Shown here one piece after another: positions 23,101 through 30,888 of a stretch of 64,000 bases of DNA. The translations under genes and the position numbers were made by a program. The DNA comes from an uncultured Gammaproteobacteria bacterium (lineage in GTDB: Bacteria; Patescibacteriota; Microgenomatia; UBA1406; HO2-37-13b). Position 1 is the first letter of the stretch, and every line of letters begins with the position of its first letter. Under the pieces are notes generated by a model. The model had not been told where the DNA came from, did not search any database, and saw only the letters and a list, made by a program, of their open reading frames with translations. The stretch spans positions 3,765-67,764 of the forward strand of contig CAYQYZ010000002.1 of the NCBI GenBank assembly GCA_964422025.1, given 5' to 3'.

Positions 23101-25967
23101 ACAACATCTTTTATGAACTGTACCATTCGCCCACAACCGGTGCACTTCACATGCTTTTCAACGCAAGCTCATCTGACACACCACCGTATACTATCGTCTC
23201 GGGCACACCAGCATTTGGAAACAACGGCCGTTTGTATTTGCGTACTGCTGGTGACTCGATCGAATACACCTGGCCATACCGTATTTATGGTATTTCCAGC
23301 TTCCGCGATATCATCCTCAAAAAAAATGGATTGGATCTGGGCTCAAGCTTGGACGGACTTGAATCACTTCTGGTTGAATTCAAAATCGATACGGGTACAG
23401 GAACAACGTACGGCGCATACCAAACTGCTACCCCAGCCAACCTTGCAGCCACATCTGTTTCCACCACCACCGGATTCCTTCTGAAAATCCGCATTACCGC
23501 CCAACCCGGAATGCTTTTTTCTACTCAAACAAATGCCTTTGTTGTCGGAGAAGAAATTGAAGGAACTACGTCTGGCGCAACAGCTACCGTTGATGATGTG
23601 CACAACCTAACAACAACAACGGGATGCGTCATATTGTCAAATATCACCGGCTCATTTATTCCCACAGAACTTGTTCGTCGTAATTCTGACAACCAAACGC
23701 GCGCAACGAACGTCGTAACCAACACGCAGTTCGCCCTGTTCCCATCCTTTAACAGCTATATTGACGGTTTGCAGATTTTTACCAATACCGTTGGCCCTGG
23801 TGATTATCCTGGGAGAATCGTGGACATTGTTCTGACCAACGTAACCACCGGAAGTACCTATTATGTATATAAAACGTCGGGAGGGTTACTTCTGGGCTCT
23901 GGGACAGCCAGTGGCGCGACAGTCACCATTCCAAATGTGGCGTATGTGACTGATTTTGGTATCACCATCCGTGTCCGCAAGTCCAGCGCCGTCACAAAGT
24001 ACCTTCCATTTGAAACGCAGGCTACAGTAACCGTTGCTGGTGCAAATGTATTTACATCGCAAATCGAAGATGCTATTGTAGCAGCCTCCTACGGTTCAAT
24101 TGGTAGTGACTTTACGATAAATTACACGCAAAAGCGTATCTATCACTCATCGGGAAGCTCTGTGTACTCCGTGAATGCTTTGTATTCATATCTACAAGAT
24201 GTGTTTGATGAAGAATCACAATTAGATGACACCGTACCAATGTCCGCACAAACGCCAACCGAATACACGCTCATCAACGGATGGTTCATGGATGATGAGT
24301 CATTTAAATACCTCACGGGTGGGGCTGTCCAAACATCGGGCTGGACGGGTGGTGTTATTCGCATGAAAGCATATGATGCGACCGGTGCTGGTACAGCGTT
24401 TGGATCGTCAGATATCGGTAAAGTGATTACGGAGACAGATAGCGGTGACACGGGAACCATCCTTGCCTATGATGAACGCACAGCCACTGAGATCGGCTAC
24501 GTGTGGATCCGCCCTGATACTCTGGCTGACACGTTTGCCGATGTAAACTCTGCCTACACCGTAGCGACAAGCTCCGCAGCCGGCGTCTTTACTGCAGCCA
24601 GCAGCACTGGTGAAACGATTTGGTCCAATATATTCTCGCTCGGTACGCTTGTAAGTGGTTCTACACTAGATGTCTGGCAAAATGATGTCCAAATCACTCC
24701 ATGGTGGACCAGCGGGCATATAGATATCTTGGTGAAGGTAAAAGAAATGGGAACAGAAACAGATAGCGGCAACATCACCGTTCTTGCCCGTAAATATTCT
24801 ACTCTCTATGACCATTTTGTCATCGATGCATCTACCGGTCGCAACCCGGTGCCTTTGGCGGCTTTTGCCGATGGAAATAATGAAACAGCATCGGGCACCG
24901 TAGCCGGATATTCAGATATAACATTTGATTTTGGGGCTTCAAGTCAAGATCTTGGGAATGGCAACGGAAGCCAACCGTATGATGTGGTCATTGACGGAGC
25001 CGGTCGACCACTCACTGAAATATATGAATACCTCAAATATGTAACGCGTTCAGGCTCTGGAACAACCCTTAACGGTGTTAACGGTGAGTTCTATATTGCG
25101 GTCGGCGACTACCGTTTTAACTACGATACAGAAGCATCTGGACCATTTGTGGAGGGTGAGCGAATTAACGGTAGCGGCGCCGTGTATGGCTATCTTGTGT
25201 CGCTTATTGACAGCGGAGCAACGGGCACCATGACGCTGCGCAATGTTCATGGAAGTTTTGCAGATGATATGGCAATCTCAGGAGTAACATCAGGTGCAAC
25301 AGCGGCCGTTAATGGAGCCCCGGAAGCAATTACTGCTTCTAAGCAAGCGCCTTTCGGAACCTTTGCCGGAGGGTCATTTTTCGGAGCCCGCGGCGTATTC
25401 CTAACTAATATGGATATTGCCGACGCCAATAACTATGAATTAATCGATGCAACGAACACCAGTCAAGTTCCACCTGCCACCGTAAACGTCCTGGTAGGAG
25501 GCTTAGTCTCCGGTGACCGAGTGAGCGTTTTCCGAACCACCGGAGCAAACGAAATCATCAATAAAACATATCTCGCTTCTCACGCCACTACCAACTCAGC
25601 AGCAACCACCGCATGGGAAGCAACCGGAGCGATCCCTGCCGACACACCAGCGGCGGGCTTTATTCGTCTTGTAAAGACCGCATCAAGTACTGAAGAGCGC
25701 TTAGAGTACACATCGTGGACGGGTGCTATTTTTACACTTGCAGGGGCGCATGCTGGCGGTTATGGCACCGGCGACACCGCGTATGTACCGTACATTGACG
25801 AACAAGCCAGCAGTACAAGTATTTCCAAGAGTGTTACCTATGTTTCTGATCGTACGGTGATGACCCGAGTTCGAAAAGTTGGCATTCAACCATTCACCAC
25901 CACCGGATCACTAACATCAACGGGTTACTCCGCAACAGCAGTAAGGACCGCAGATACCATCGCATAA
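17196..25967 (+). CDS. Giant (2923 aa) Thr/Ser/Gly/Ala-rich protein: two beta-propeller repeat arrays, beta-helix-like and FN3-like segments, tail-fibre-type jelly-roll module
   Basis: Single uninterrupted ORF. It has about 7+7 repeats of W-x-[SA]-V-x-[YF]-G-x-x-x-F-V-A-V with [ST]-x-[DN]-G-x-x-W (residues ~40-300 and ~530-830). The segment NFLTQSNDFTHANWVKTNLTATANQVSGPNDIG..ADRLVSTG..YTFSVYIRC.. recalls phage tail-fibre carbohydrate-binding modules. No N-terminal signal peptide is present. Confidence 0.9.
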   Translation: MATITIDRSINADDAFAMSAGITFVALASGSASYQTQPTGITTWTTATIVQSSAWQSVCYGNNIVVAVSSTSGTIAATSPAGVTATWTLRTMPATASWYAVAYGLSKFVAVTGGASTVGAYSIDGAKWTLTGALTTSGDWRALTFGNDRFVALSYNSTNTNYSTNGTTWSAGGALPATRNWTSVTYGESTFVAVASGTDKGAYSTDGGVNWTEMTMPSSSNWNSVTYGNGTFVAVSNTSGTIAAYSANGIAWTSATLPNTRTWVAVAFGNNLFTAIASTSTTGAAFSYDGVSWSGGSIATVSQAISCMCHTPTTWNSNDTLVITNNSTLTVNTDQSKFWGFITLTNGKLLITNSSTSTGIRFTMGRVSGAAAATITPGSGIGDIEITGDWIELGTGDGSSGQTMTAPFSDYIAALWVETASGSGIYEQWLNATGSYSDASPILREGFAAIGSGRRGKFFIQQANASPYGPTILNGTDGSIAQKLITVDSTTGLYPGASILGPGIPANTVVNRVISSTLLETNAISTTELSPDWTSVAYGNSVYVAVSGTSSNIAATSADGVTWTKRTLPFVANWNSVCYGATSALFVAVCSDVTTTGGTAIGSRFCATSPDGITWTRRAIPLPSVLAQNWTSVATNGTSFVAVGSLADGTATTVGAYSADGITWSASTMTSAIWRSVTYGAGAANRYVAVSSTTISNWDADGTGTWTNGGAMTSANYLSIAWNGTRFYAVSGSSTVSMWSTDATSWTTGAVLNNSTSRGVAWDGTNFVIVSTTNSVNTSRTPAGTTGTLTNTTMAAANANNWTAVCANGTTLVAVSSSSNLRSAALTSTDSGANWTLQTGTPLDVSLTCYNPYVSQLSNTVEFGDNINGNKVPSGAKVRCPNIMFTSAVPVNIQTASSIVGANMVMTAGGSLVANTCLFDESYNTFNQAETLSLTNVGFSIPPLINESYGVTFNSVGFALEPVRRYYTYSATIGSDGWFTRDRRYGAGTTTWTYLNNASITDFNYCVGSPKALQVAVSSVTAPAPMLTISYTQNSTWSYVRFYALNCVASFQDAFNFLTNFNDNTMEHLEMYGVAPMLFQTSSGNTFTDVRIAEDMFNGYRSFPTTGARIGNDPTAQAKLVDDTKYYLKVRTFYDWNNLSNYAEGRTVSATPFIGSKFFPAIFGAINTATRAVTLTWIRRDPTSSGAAGTTTYQIFRSTSPGFTPSSANRIFDTLTVATVSYLNGFVATITATASPVRTITFAAAGRTITLGGAGAGSFTTAGFVAGGNVVVAGTVSNNGTYTILSFTATVITLTTNHTNLVNETAPNGATLDGQPPVNGTSYYYKLRKHDAILTGITSASGTVATTTLTTAGNFNTGLGSVINLQGISGQTKIRIPVRSTTNFMAANIFPGLTLAGTGIGSGAKVVSIDTAWQITVDVTNSSTFVGTTATLGLANGTAPDNIYVVGPGIARPTRVASITNSTTLEVDTAFIATLSAQAIFFEYGTDSAEVEVTPSGPTTAAFNFLTQSNDFTHANWVKTNLTATANQVSGPNDIGFGIAAAPTADRLVSTGPTAKAVQTITSYLEVGAIYTFSVYIRCDAHHYSQTVSGKISINTTVATDQAFTASGVWQRISATFTATAVTHEFTIQMTTEGSYIYASSALVNQGSSALVPITTTTVKTAVASGGRTLTFASGIDGANTITASSGDFTTAPAFAIGDSIIVQGTSDNDGTYVLSAVTTTVLTVTPAQPLVTGAGAQSSGSIVGSVLASAAQELTSALAWCRATGGNTSNQGIEVAFAALPTGSFWTELYVGTTAGFTPSSINRVGYTLNLLGASTSFYLLNSNNNIIDTLAQEGYGGYSGTRVFLRGASNNKFLDWNIDFNYGAVPAIGDVANLSNDNIFDDFTVKNFRNLNTSPFISINDSSGLTLQNITIEQANDIPYSLQSLNTILKGVTGANAAQATNATTYFFGAGAFATDGLAIAYQAVYDNIFYELYHSPTTGALHMLFNASSSDTPPYTIVSGTPAFGNNGRLYLRTAGDSIEYTWPYRIYGISSFRDIILKKNGLDLGSSLDGLESLLVEFKIDTGTGTTYGAYQTATPANLAATSVSTTTGFLLKIRITAQPGMLFSTQTNAFVVGEEIEGTTSGATATVDDVHNLTTTTGCVILSNITGSFIPTELVRRNSDNQTRATNVVTNTQFALFPSFNSYIDGLQIFTNTVGPGDYPGRIVDIVLTNVTTGSTYYVYKTSGGLLLGSGTASGATVTIPNVAYVTDFGITIRVRKSSAVTKYLPFETQATVTVAGANVFTSQIEDAIVAASYGSIGSDFTINYTQKRIYHSSGSSVYSVNALYSYLQDVFDEESQLDDTVPMSAQTPTEYTLINGWFMDDESFKYLTGGAVQTSGWTGGVIRMKAYDATGAGTAFGSSDIGKVITETDSGDTGTILAYDERTATEIGYVWIRPDTLADTFADVNSAYTVATSSAAGVFTAASSTGETIWSNIFSLGTLVSGSTLDVWQNDVQITPWWTSGHIDILVKVKEMGTETDSGNITVLARKYSTLYDHFVIDASTGRNPVPLAAFADGNNETASGTVAGYSDITFDFGASSQDLGNGNGSQPYDVVIDGAGRPLTEIYEYLKYVTRSGSGTTLNGVNGEFYIAVGDYRFNYDTEASGPFVEGERINGSGAVYGYLVSLIDSGATGTMTLRNVHGSFADDMAISGVTSGATAAVNGAPEAITASKQAPFGTFAGGSFFGARGVFLTNMDIADANNYELIDATNTSQVPPATVNVLVGGLVSGDRVSVFRTTGANEIINKTYLASHATTNSAATTAWEATGAIPADTPAAGFIRLVKTASSTEERLEYTSWTGAIFTLAGAHAGGYGTGDTAYVPYIDEQASSTSISKSVTYVSDRTVMTRVRKVGIQPFTTTGSLTSTGYSATAVRTADTIA

Positions 25968-25984
25968 CCAAATACTATATTTAC

Positions 25985-26593
25985 ATGAGCAAAACTAAAA
26001 GACAAACATTTTACTCCGATTATAACGACACAATTAATCTTGTAAAGAAAAATGGAGCTTATTCAATAATAGTTGATAAATTTGAAGAATCTGGTATAGA
26101 AATTGAAGCATTATGGGAAGAAGTGTTCAATAAGTTTGAACAGCAAATATCACTGTCAAACGTGCTTATACTTGGCTTTGGAGCAGGGTCAATTATGAAG
26201 ACGTTTAGAAAGAAATACCCCTTAAGCAAAATTACTGGAATTGAAATAGATCCAGAAATGATACGCATAGCAAACGACTACTTTCCTGAAAATATGAAAG
26301 ATGTAAATGTCATCATTACCGATGCCGTGTCGTACATTAACAACTTGGAGGACAAGGTTATGTATGACCTTATTGTGGTGGATTGTTATTTAGGCGGTAC
26401 GCTTTTTACGGGAATATCGAATATGCAGTTTTTGCTCAAACTAAAAAAAATAGCCCGACGAGTACTATTTAATCAAGTATTTTTACCACATGATAAAGAG
26501 GAATTAAAAAAGATTGAGTATCTACGGACACTTGATGTGGTTCATAAAGTAAAGGCATTAAAATTACCATATAACATAATTCTTGAATATTAA
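25985..26593 (+). CDS. Class I SAM-dependent methyltransferase / spermidine-synthase-fold protein
   Basis: VLILGFGAGSIMKTF (motif I), ITGIEIDPEMIRIANDYF, DLIVVDCY. Confidence 0.7.
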   Translation: MSKTKRQTFYSDYNDTINLVKKNGAYSIIVDKFEESGIEIEALWEEVFNKFEQQISLSNVLILGFGAGSIMKTFRKKYPLSKITGIEIDPEMIRIANDYFPENMKDVNVIITDAVSYINNLEDKVMYDLIVVDCYLGGTLFTGISNMQFLLKLKKIARRVLFNQVFLPHDKEELKKIEYLRTLDVVHKVKALKLPYNIILEY

Positions 26594-26623
26594 TTCGCCG
26601 TGTGATATGGTAAGCAATGTATT

Positions 26624-26824
26624 ATGGATAAACATTATGTTTGTATTGGCGGATGTGGACTGGTTGCCGACGCTATGATTAAGTGCAATAGTGTAGGTTG
26701 TTGGCGTGCCCGAAATCCGCTTGGAGAATGCTTTTGTGAGGATTTCAAACACGATGATTTCCACAAACAGTATGGAATCAACAATAAAGAAAGTGAGAAT
26801 TCTAATATAACAAATTCGGATTAA
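26624..26824 (+). CDS. Small Cys-rich protein (66 aa), putative metal-binding
   Basis: YVCIGGCG..IKCNSVGCWRARNPLGECFCED: seven Cys in the first 40 aa. Coding status is uncertain. Confidence 0.45.
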   Translation: MDKHYVCIGGCGLVADAMIKCNSVGCWRARNPLGECFCEDFKHDDFHKQYGINNKESENSNITNSD

Positions 26825-26864
26825 ATATATCAAATTCGGATTAAGTATATCAATACTCCGAAAG
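26805..26864 (+). repeat. 20-bp tandem repeat, about 2.5 copies (ATATAnCAAATTCGGATTAA)
   Basis: ATATAACAAATTCGGATTAA / ATATATCAAATTCGGATTAA / GTATATCAATACTCCGAAAG. It spans the small-ORF stop and abuts the -35 of the next promoter. Confidence 0.7.
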
Positions 26865-26867
26865 TCC

Positions 26868-26897
26868 TTGACAGTGATTATTTGCAAACTTTATACT
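26868..26897 (+). promoter_or_regulatory. Sigma70-type promoter of the 657-aa gene
   Basis: TTGACA-N17/18-TATACT, followed by a ~50-nt leader to ATG 26949. Confidence 0.55.
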
Positions 26898-26948
26898 GTT
26901 TCTCAGTATTCATAATTTACACATAAACTTTTTTTAAAGAAATAAGCA

Positions 26949-28922
26949 ATGGCAACCATTAGTTCAGATTTTACAATTGATTACGTTAATAAACGTGTCT
27001 ACCATTCAGCAAATAATAATGTATACACCGTAAACGCACTCTATTCCTATCTACAAGATACCTTTGATGAACTTGCCCAGATGGATGACACCATCCCGAT
27101 GTCGGCACAGACACCAACAGATTACACCCTCATTAACGGATGGTTCATGGACGAGGAATCATTTAAATATCTCAAAGGAGGAGCCATTCAAACAAGCGGA
27201 TACAACGGAGAAATTCAAATTCTTCTGCTTGATGGGACATATGTAAGCGCTGTATCTGGAGACATCGGTAAAACAGTACTTGATGATGCTGTCGCTTCCG
27301 GCCAGCTCCTTGCATACGACAACACTCTGCAAAAATGGTGGATCCGGCATACAGGAACGATAGCAAATAACTCTGTCATGACAATCTCCACCGGTACCGG
27401 TGCTGGAGATGCGCTTGGAGCATCTGTTACCGGAGAAAACCTATACCCAAACGTCTATACTCTTGGATCTATCGAAGAAGATGACAGTCAACAGATTTAC
27501 ATTATTCAAAATGGATCACGACTGACCGAGTGGTGGCCAGAATCAGGATCCGGAACGCAGCAGATTGATGTACTTATCAAAGTCAAAGAGGCAGGTACCG
27601 AAATAAATAGCGGTGCTATCACTGTATTTCTTAGACATTACCCAAGCGGCGGAAATGCCGACTTGTACGACCACTTCGGAATCGATCTTACCGCTGGAGG
27701 CCGAAATGCGGTTCCTCTTGCTACCTCTCCTGACTTAAACAACTTGACTGCCACAGCAACCGTATCAGGATACAGTGACGTAACAATCGCTTTCGTAAAT
27801 GGAACCCTCACCTATACGGGCATGTCAGCTGCTTTTACGAACCTTGAGACTGTCACACAAGCCTCAAGCGGTGCAACTGGTATCTATCTTTACTCCACCA
27901 CATCAAGCGGAGCAGGAACCATGACGCTCGGAAATGTTGTTGGGACTTTTGACGGGACAAACGTTATTACTGGCGGAACCTCAGGATCAACCGCAACATC
28001 CTCTTCAACACTCACCAATGCCTACACGATGGATAAAAACTTCGACCAAGGATCTTCATATCCGTATTCTGTTATTGTTGGATGTGCAACCCGACCTTTG
28101 ACAGAAGTATATGAATATCTCAAGTACATCACCCGTGTTGGATCAAGCTACAACACCTATCCAACAGCAAAGGCCCAAGGTGGAGCAATAACATTTGCAG
28201 CGCTCACAGGACAACAATACATTCGAGCCCATGAAGATAATCAGACATCACCTGATAATACGTTTTCACCAGCCAAGGCTTCCCCATTCGGTACCTTTGC
28301 AGGAGGAAAGCTCTTCGGTGCGCAAGGTGTGTGGGTTGAAAACATGGATGCAGCAGACATTCAAAACTTCCAGCTTATTGACTCAGACGGCACAACACGA
28401 ACTCCACCGAACAAACAAAATGTCACTATTACGAATCTTCTTTCCGGAGACCGCGTCTCAGTTTTCCGAACATCTTCTGGGACAACAATTGATAAGGCAA
28501 TGTATTCCCTTGCTGCAAGTAATGATTCCGGCGATAGTACAATCATTGTTACGGGAAGCATATCTGTTGATACACCTTCTACCGGCGCGATTAGACTTGT
28601 AGATACAAGCGATCTAACAGCAACGCGAGAAACACGATACACGTACACATCATGGTCTGGATCGACATTTTCAGGCGTATCTCCTGTTCTTGATCGCACA
28701 TACACAGCATCTGATGATAAAGCATACGTACCGTTTATCGATGAACAGGCATCGAGCACATCAATTTCTGTACAGGTCATTTATTCTACAGATCGATCAA
28801 TTCTCCTCCGTGTCCGACGAAAAGCATCTGTTGCCATTCTGCCATTTGAAACAACGGGAACATTCGGATCAACTGGATTTTCAACATCTGCAATTAGAAC
28901 ACCTGATACAATCGTTACTTAA
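26949..28922 (+). CDS. 657-aa paralog of the C-terminal ~620 aa of the giant protein
   Basis: SDFTIDYVNKRVYHS..VYTVNALYSYLQDTFDELAQMDDTIPMSAQTPTDYTLINGWFMDEESFKYLKGGAIQTSG compares with giant residues ~2306 on (SDFTINYTQKRIYHS..VYSVNALYSYLQDVFDEESQLDDTVPMSAQTPTEYTLINGWFMDDESFKYLTGGAVQTSG). The C-termini also match (AYVPFIDEQASSTSIS.. vs AYVPYIDEQASSTSIS..). Confidence 0.9.
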   Translation: MATISSDFTIDYVNKRVYHSANNNVYTVNALYSYLQDTFDELAQMDDTIPMSAQTPTDYTLINGWFMDEESFKYLKGGAIQTSGYNGEIQILLLDGTYVSAVSGDIGKTVLDDAVASGQLLAYDNTLQKWWIRHTGTIANNSVMTISTGTGAGDALGASVTGENLYPNVYTLGSIEEDDSQQIYIIQNGSRLTEWWPESGSGTQQIDVLIKVKEAGTEINSGAITVFLRHYPSGGNADLYDHFGIDLTAGGRNAVPLATSPDLNNLTATATVSGYSDVTIAFVNGTLTYTGMSAAFTNLETVTQASSGATGIYLYSTTSSGAGTMTLGNVVGTFDGTNVITGGTSGSTATSSSTLTNAYTMDKNFDQGSSYPYSVIVGCATRPLTEVYEYLKYITRVGSSYNTYPTAKAQGGAITFAALTGQQYIRAHEDNQTSPDNTFSPAKASPFGTFAGGKLFGAQGVWVENMDAADIQNFQLIDSDGTTRTPPNKQNVTITNLLSGDRVSVFRTSSGTTIDKAMYSLAASNDSGDSTIIVTGSISVDTPSTGAIRLVDTSDLTATRETRYTYTSWSGSTFSGVSPVLDRTYTASDDKAYVPFIDEQASSTSISVQVIYSTDRSILLRVRRKASVAILPFETTGTFGSTGFSTSAIRTPDTIVT

Positions 28923-28924
28923 TT

Positions 28925-29482
28925 ATGACATCAGATACGTTTACTGGCTCCAAACCGAAAGCTGTCCGTGGACCAAATGGACGGTTCGTAAGTAATAAGG
29001 TACCAGAGCCTCCTTTGGAAGAAGCACCACAAGACTTGCATGACCAAGCAGCTACTATTGATCCACCCGTAGAAGTCATATCTGAAACACAGCATATTTT
29101 CTTCAATGATCTTTCATATTATGGCGAATATATTAGACGCGTATATAAAAATAGTGAGTGGTTTTTTGTCATTGAAGACCTTTTTCCCTTAGCGAATATT
29201 ACAGAACCGAATAAAGTTATCGACGCTTTTGAACATTCTCCCTATTACACTGATTCCATTGGTACAGATCTTTTCGAAATCGAGATTCCTAAAAATAATT
29301 TAGGACAGAGCCACTTAACCATTGGTAACAAAAAAACCATTCTAGCTTTTATTCAACTGTTACGATCAATGAGCCACTTCTTCCCGGGCAGATTTCCTGA
29401 ATGGATAGAAGAAACCACCCACGTAGATTTTGCGGAAGCTGACGCCAAACGAAAAAGCATTCTCAATCAAAATCTTAATTAA
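28925..29482 (+). CDS. Hypothetical protein with Bro-N/KilA-N-like segment
   Basis: FFNDLSYYGEYIRRVYKNSEWFFVIEDLFPLANITEPNKVIDAF fits the Bro-N pattern (vRvv..dge.wFva.Dva.aLg...) by eye only. Confidence 0.5.
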   Translation: MTSDTFTGSKPKAVRGPNGRFVSNKVPEPPLEEAPQDLHDQAATIDPPVEVISETQHIFFNDLSYYGEYIRRVYKNSEWFFVIEDLFPLANITEPNKVIDAFEHSPYYTDSIGTDLFEIEIPKNNLGQSHLTIGNKKTILAFIQLLRSMSHFFPGRFPEWIEETTHVDFAEADAKRKSILNQNLN

Positions 29483-29519
29483 TATTTCTCTGCGCTAACA
29501 TGGTAAGAAAGATACATAT

Positions 29520-30830
29520 ATGGCATTAACATTTGATTTCACTGATAGTATTATTGAAGTTCCTGCTCCTCAGACAACGCTTGTCATGCAGGACTTGATT
29601 AATGAAATTCGTGACGTAGAAGATGAGCTAACTCCTGGTATGGTTAATAATAAAATCGCCGATGCTTCGGGCAAGGAAGATTTAGGAGGCGGCGTATCTA
29701 CAGCTATAACTGTTCGTTTGCTTGATAGCTGGCGGGTGCGATTCGAAGCTCGAGGCGGGCCCACCACTGAGCAAATGGTTATTACCGGAGGCAATTTAGT
29801 AGGAGGTTTACTAGGAAGTCCAATAGCGCCTTCTGCGTATACTCAAGTATTGAACTTAAGCTCGGCATCGGGAACGATTGCTACACCTGCTACGGCAAGT
29901 GATGCAACAAATCTTAAATATCTTCTTGCATCAGCATATAGCGGCCAAAAAACAATTGGAGACATTTTCTATTGGGATCCTGTTTCAGGAAGTGATTCAA
30001 ATAATGGACTTACACCTGCTACGGCAGTGCTCACCTTTGCGTCGGCTCATACATTAGCTACATCGGGAATGCATGATGTGATTTTCTGTCTTTCTTCCGA
30101 TCCATCGGGTATTACTACGGTTACTGAAACACTTGCCATTACAAAGCACACGCTTAAAGTACGAGGTCCCGGTTATACATTCCAACTTATTCCATCAGCC
30201 GATACTGCTGATACCATATCAGTCACTGGTAATAACTCAGAAGTCTCGGGGCTATATATTTCAACCGCAGGAACCGGAACACGCAATGGTATTAGCGTGG
30301 CAGCGAATAATGTTGTCGTAAAAGATTGTTGGGTCTCGCAAACACGCGGACATGGTATAAGCCTGAGCAATGCAAATTTGTGTAGCTTAGGTATTAATGT
30401 CGTTGATTCAAGTGGACTATCGGGAACTGGAAATGCAATTAACTTAGGTGACAATACAACCCAAACAGTTATTGCTAAATGTATTATTTCAGACAGCATT
30501 GACGGAATAGCTTTGTCGGGGACTGGCTTATCAGATAATATTGTCGAAGATAGTTTGGTATATAAGAACTCTGGATATGGATTGCATGTTGGTTCTGGAG
30601 TCTTGAGAACCGTTGCTCGATCAGGTAATACGTTTATTAATAACACCACAGCGAATACGCTTGATTCTGGTACCGACACGTACATTGAAAGTGCGGCCGG
30701 AGGCGCATCTGCATCGGAAATTGCCGATGCTGTATGGGATGAGGTCATTTCTGGCCATGTAACATCGGGCACATCAGGTCGATTCCTTAAAGACGCCAAG
30801 CTTAAAGCAACAATCGCTTCACTTAAATAG
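29520..30830 (+). CDS. Right-handed parallel beta-helix protein, tailspike/tail-fibre-like
   Basis: Repeated PbH1-like turns (NGISVAANNVVVKDCWVSQTRGHGISLSNAN..NAINLGDNTTQTVIAKCIISDSIDGIALSG..NIVEDSLVYKNSGYGLHVGSG). The C-terminal SEIADAVWDEVISGHVTSGTSGRFLKD motif is common in phage tail fibres. No signal peptide is present. Confidence 0.75.
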   Translation: MALTFDFTDSIIEVPAPQTTLVMQDLINEIRDVEDELTPGMVNNKIADASGKEDLGGGVSTAITVRLLDSWRVRFEARGGPTTEQMVITGGNLVGGLLGSPIAPSAYTQVLNLSSASGTIATPATASDATNLKYLLASAYSGQKTIGDIFYWDPVSGSDSNNGLTPATAVLTFASAHTLATSGMHDVIFCLSSDPSGITTVTETLAITKHTLKVRGPGYTFQLIPSADTADTISVTGNNSEVSGLYISTAGTGTRNGISVAANNVVVKDCWVSQTRGHGISLSNANLCSLGINVVDSSGLSGTGNAINLGDNTTQTVIAKCIISDSIDGIALSGTGLSDNIVEDSLVYKNSGYGLHVGSGVLRTVARSGNTFINNTTANTLDSGTDTYIESAAGGASASEIADAVWDEVISGHVTSGTSGRFLKDAKLKATIASLK

Positions 30831-30888
30831 AGCTTGATACCCTATTGAAGTGCTTGCATTTTTATTCGGTGTTTGATACTCTCAAGTG

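Noticed and set aside
22396-23484. 193-aa and 158-aa off-frame plus ORFs, plus many 60-140-aa ORFs on both strands inside the giant gene, the 657-aa gene, the beta-helix gene (for example 30173..30799) and pilD (9734..10102)
   Set aside because: All are nested in alternative frames of long, well-supported genes with biased composition. None has independent signals.
17196-30830. Calling the giant-gene island a prophage or mobile element
   Set aside because: Only receptor-binding-type modules and a Bro-N-like gene are present. There are no capsid, portal, terminase, tail-tube, integrase or att-like repeats in the window.
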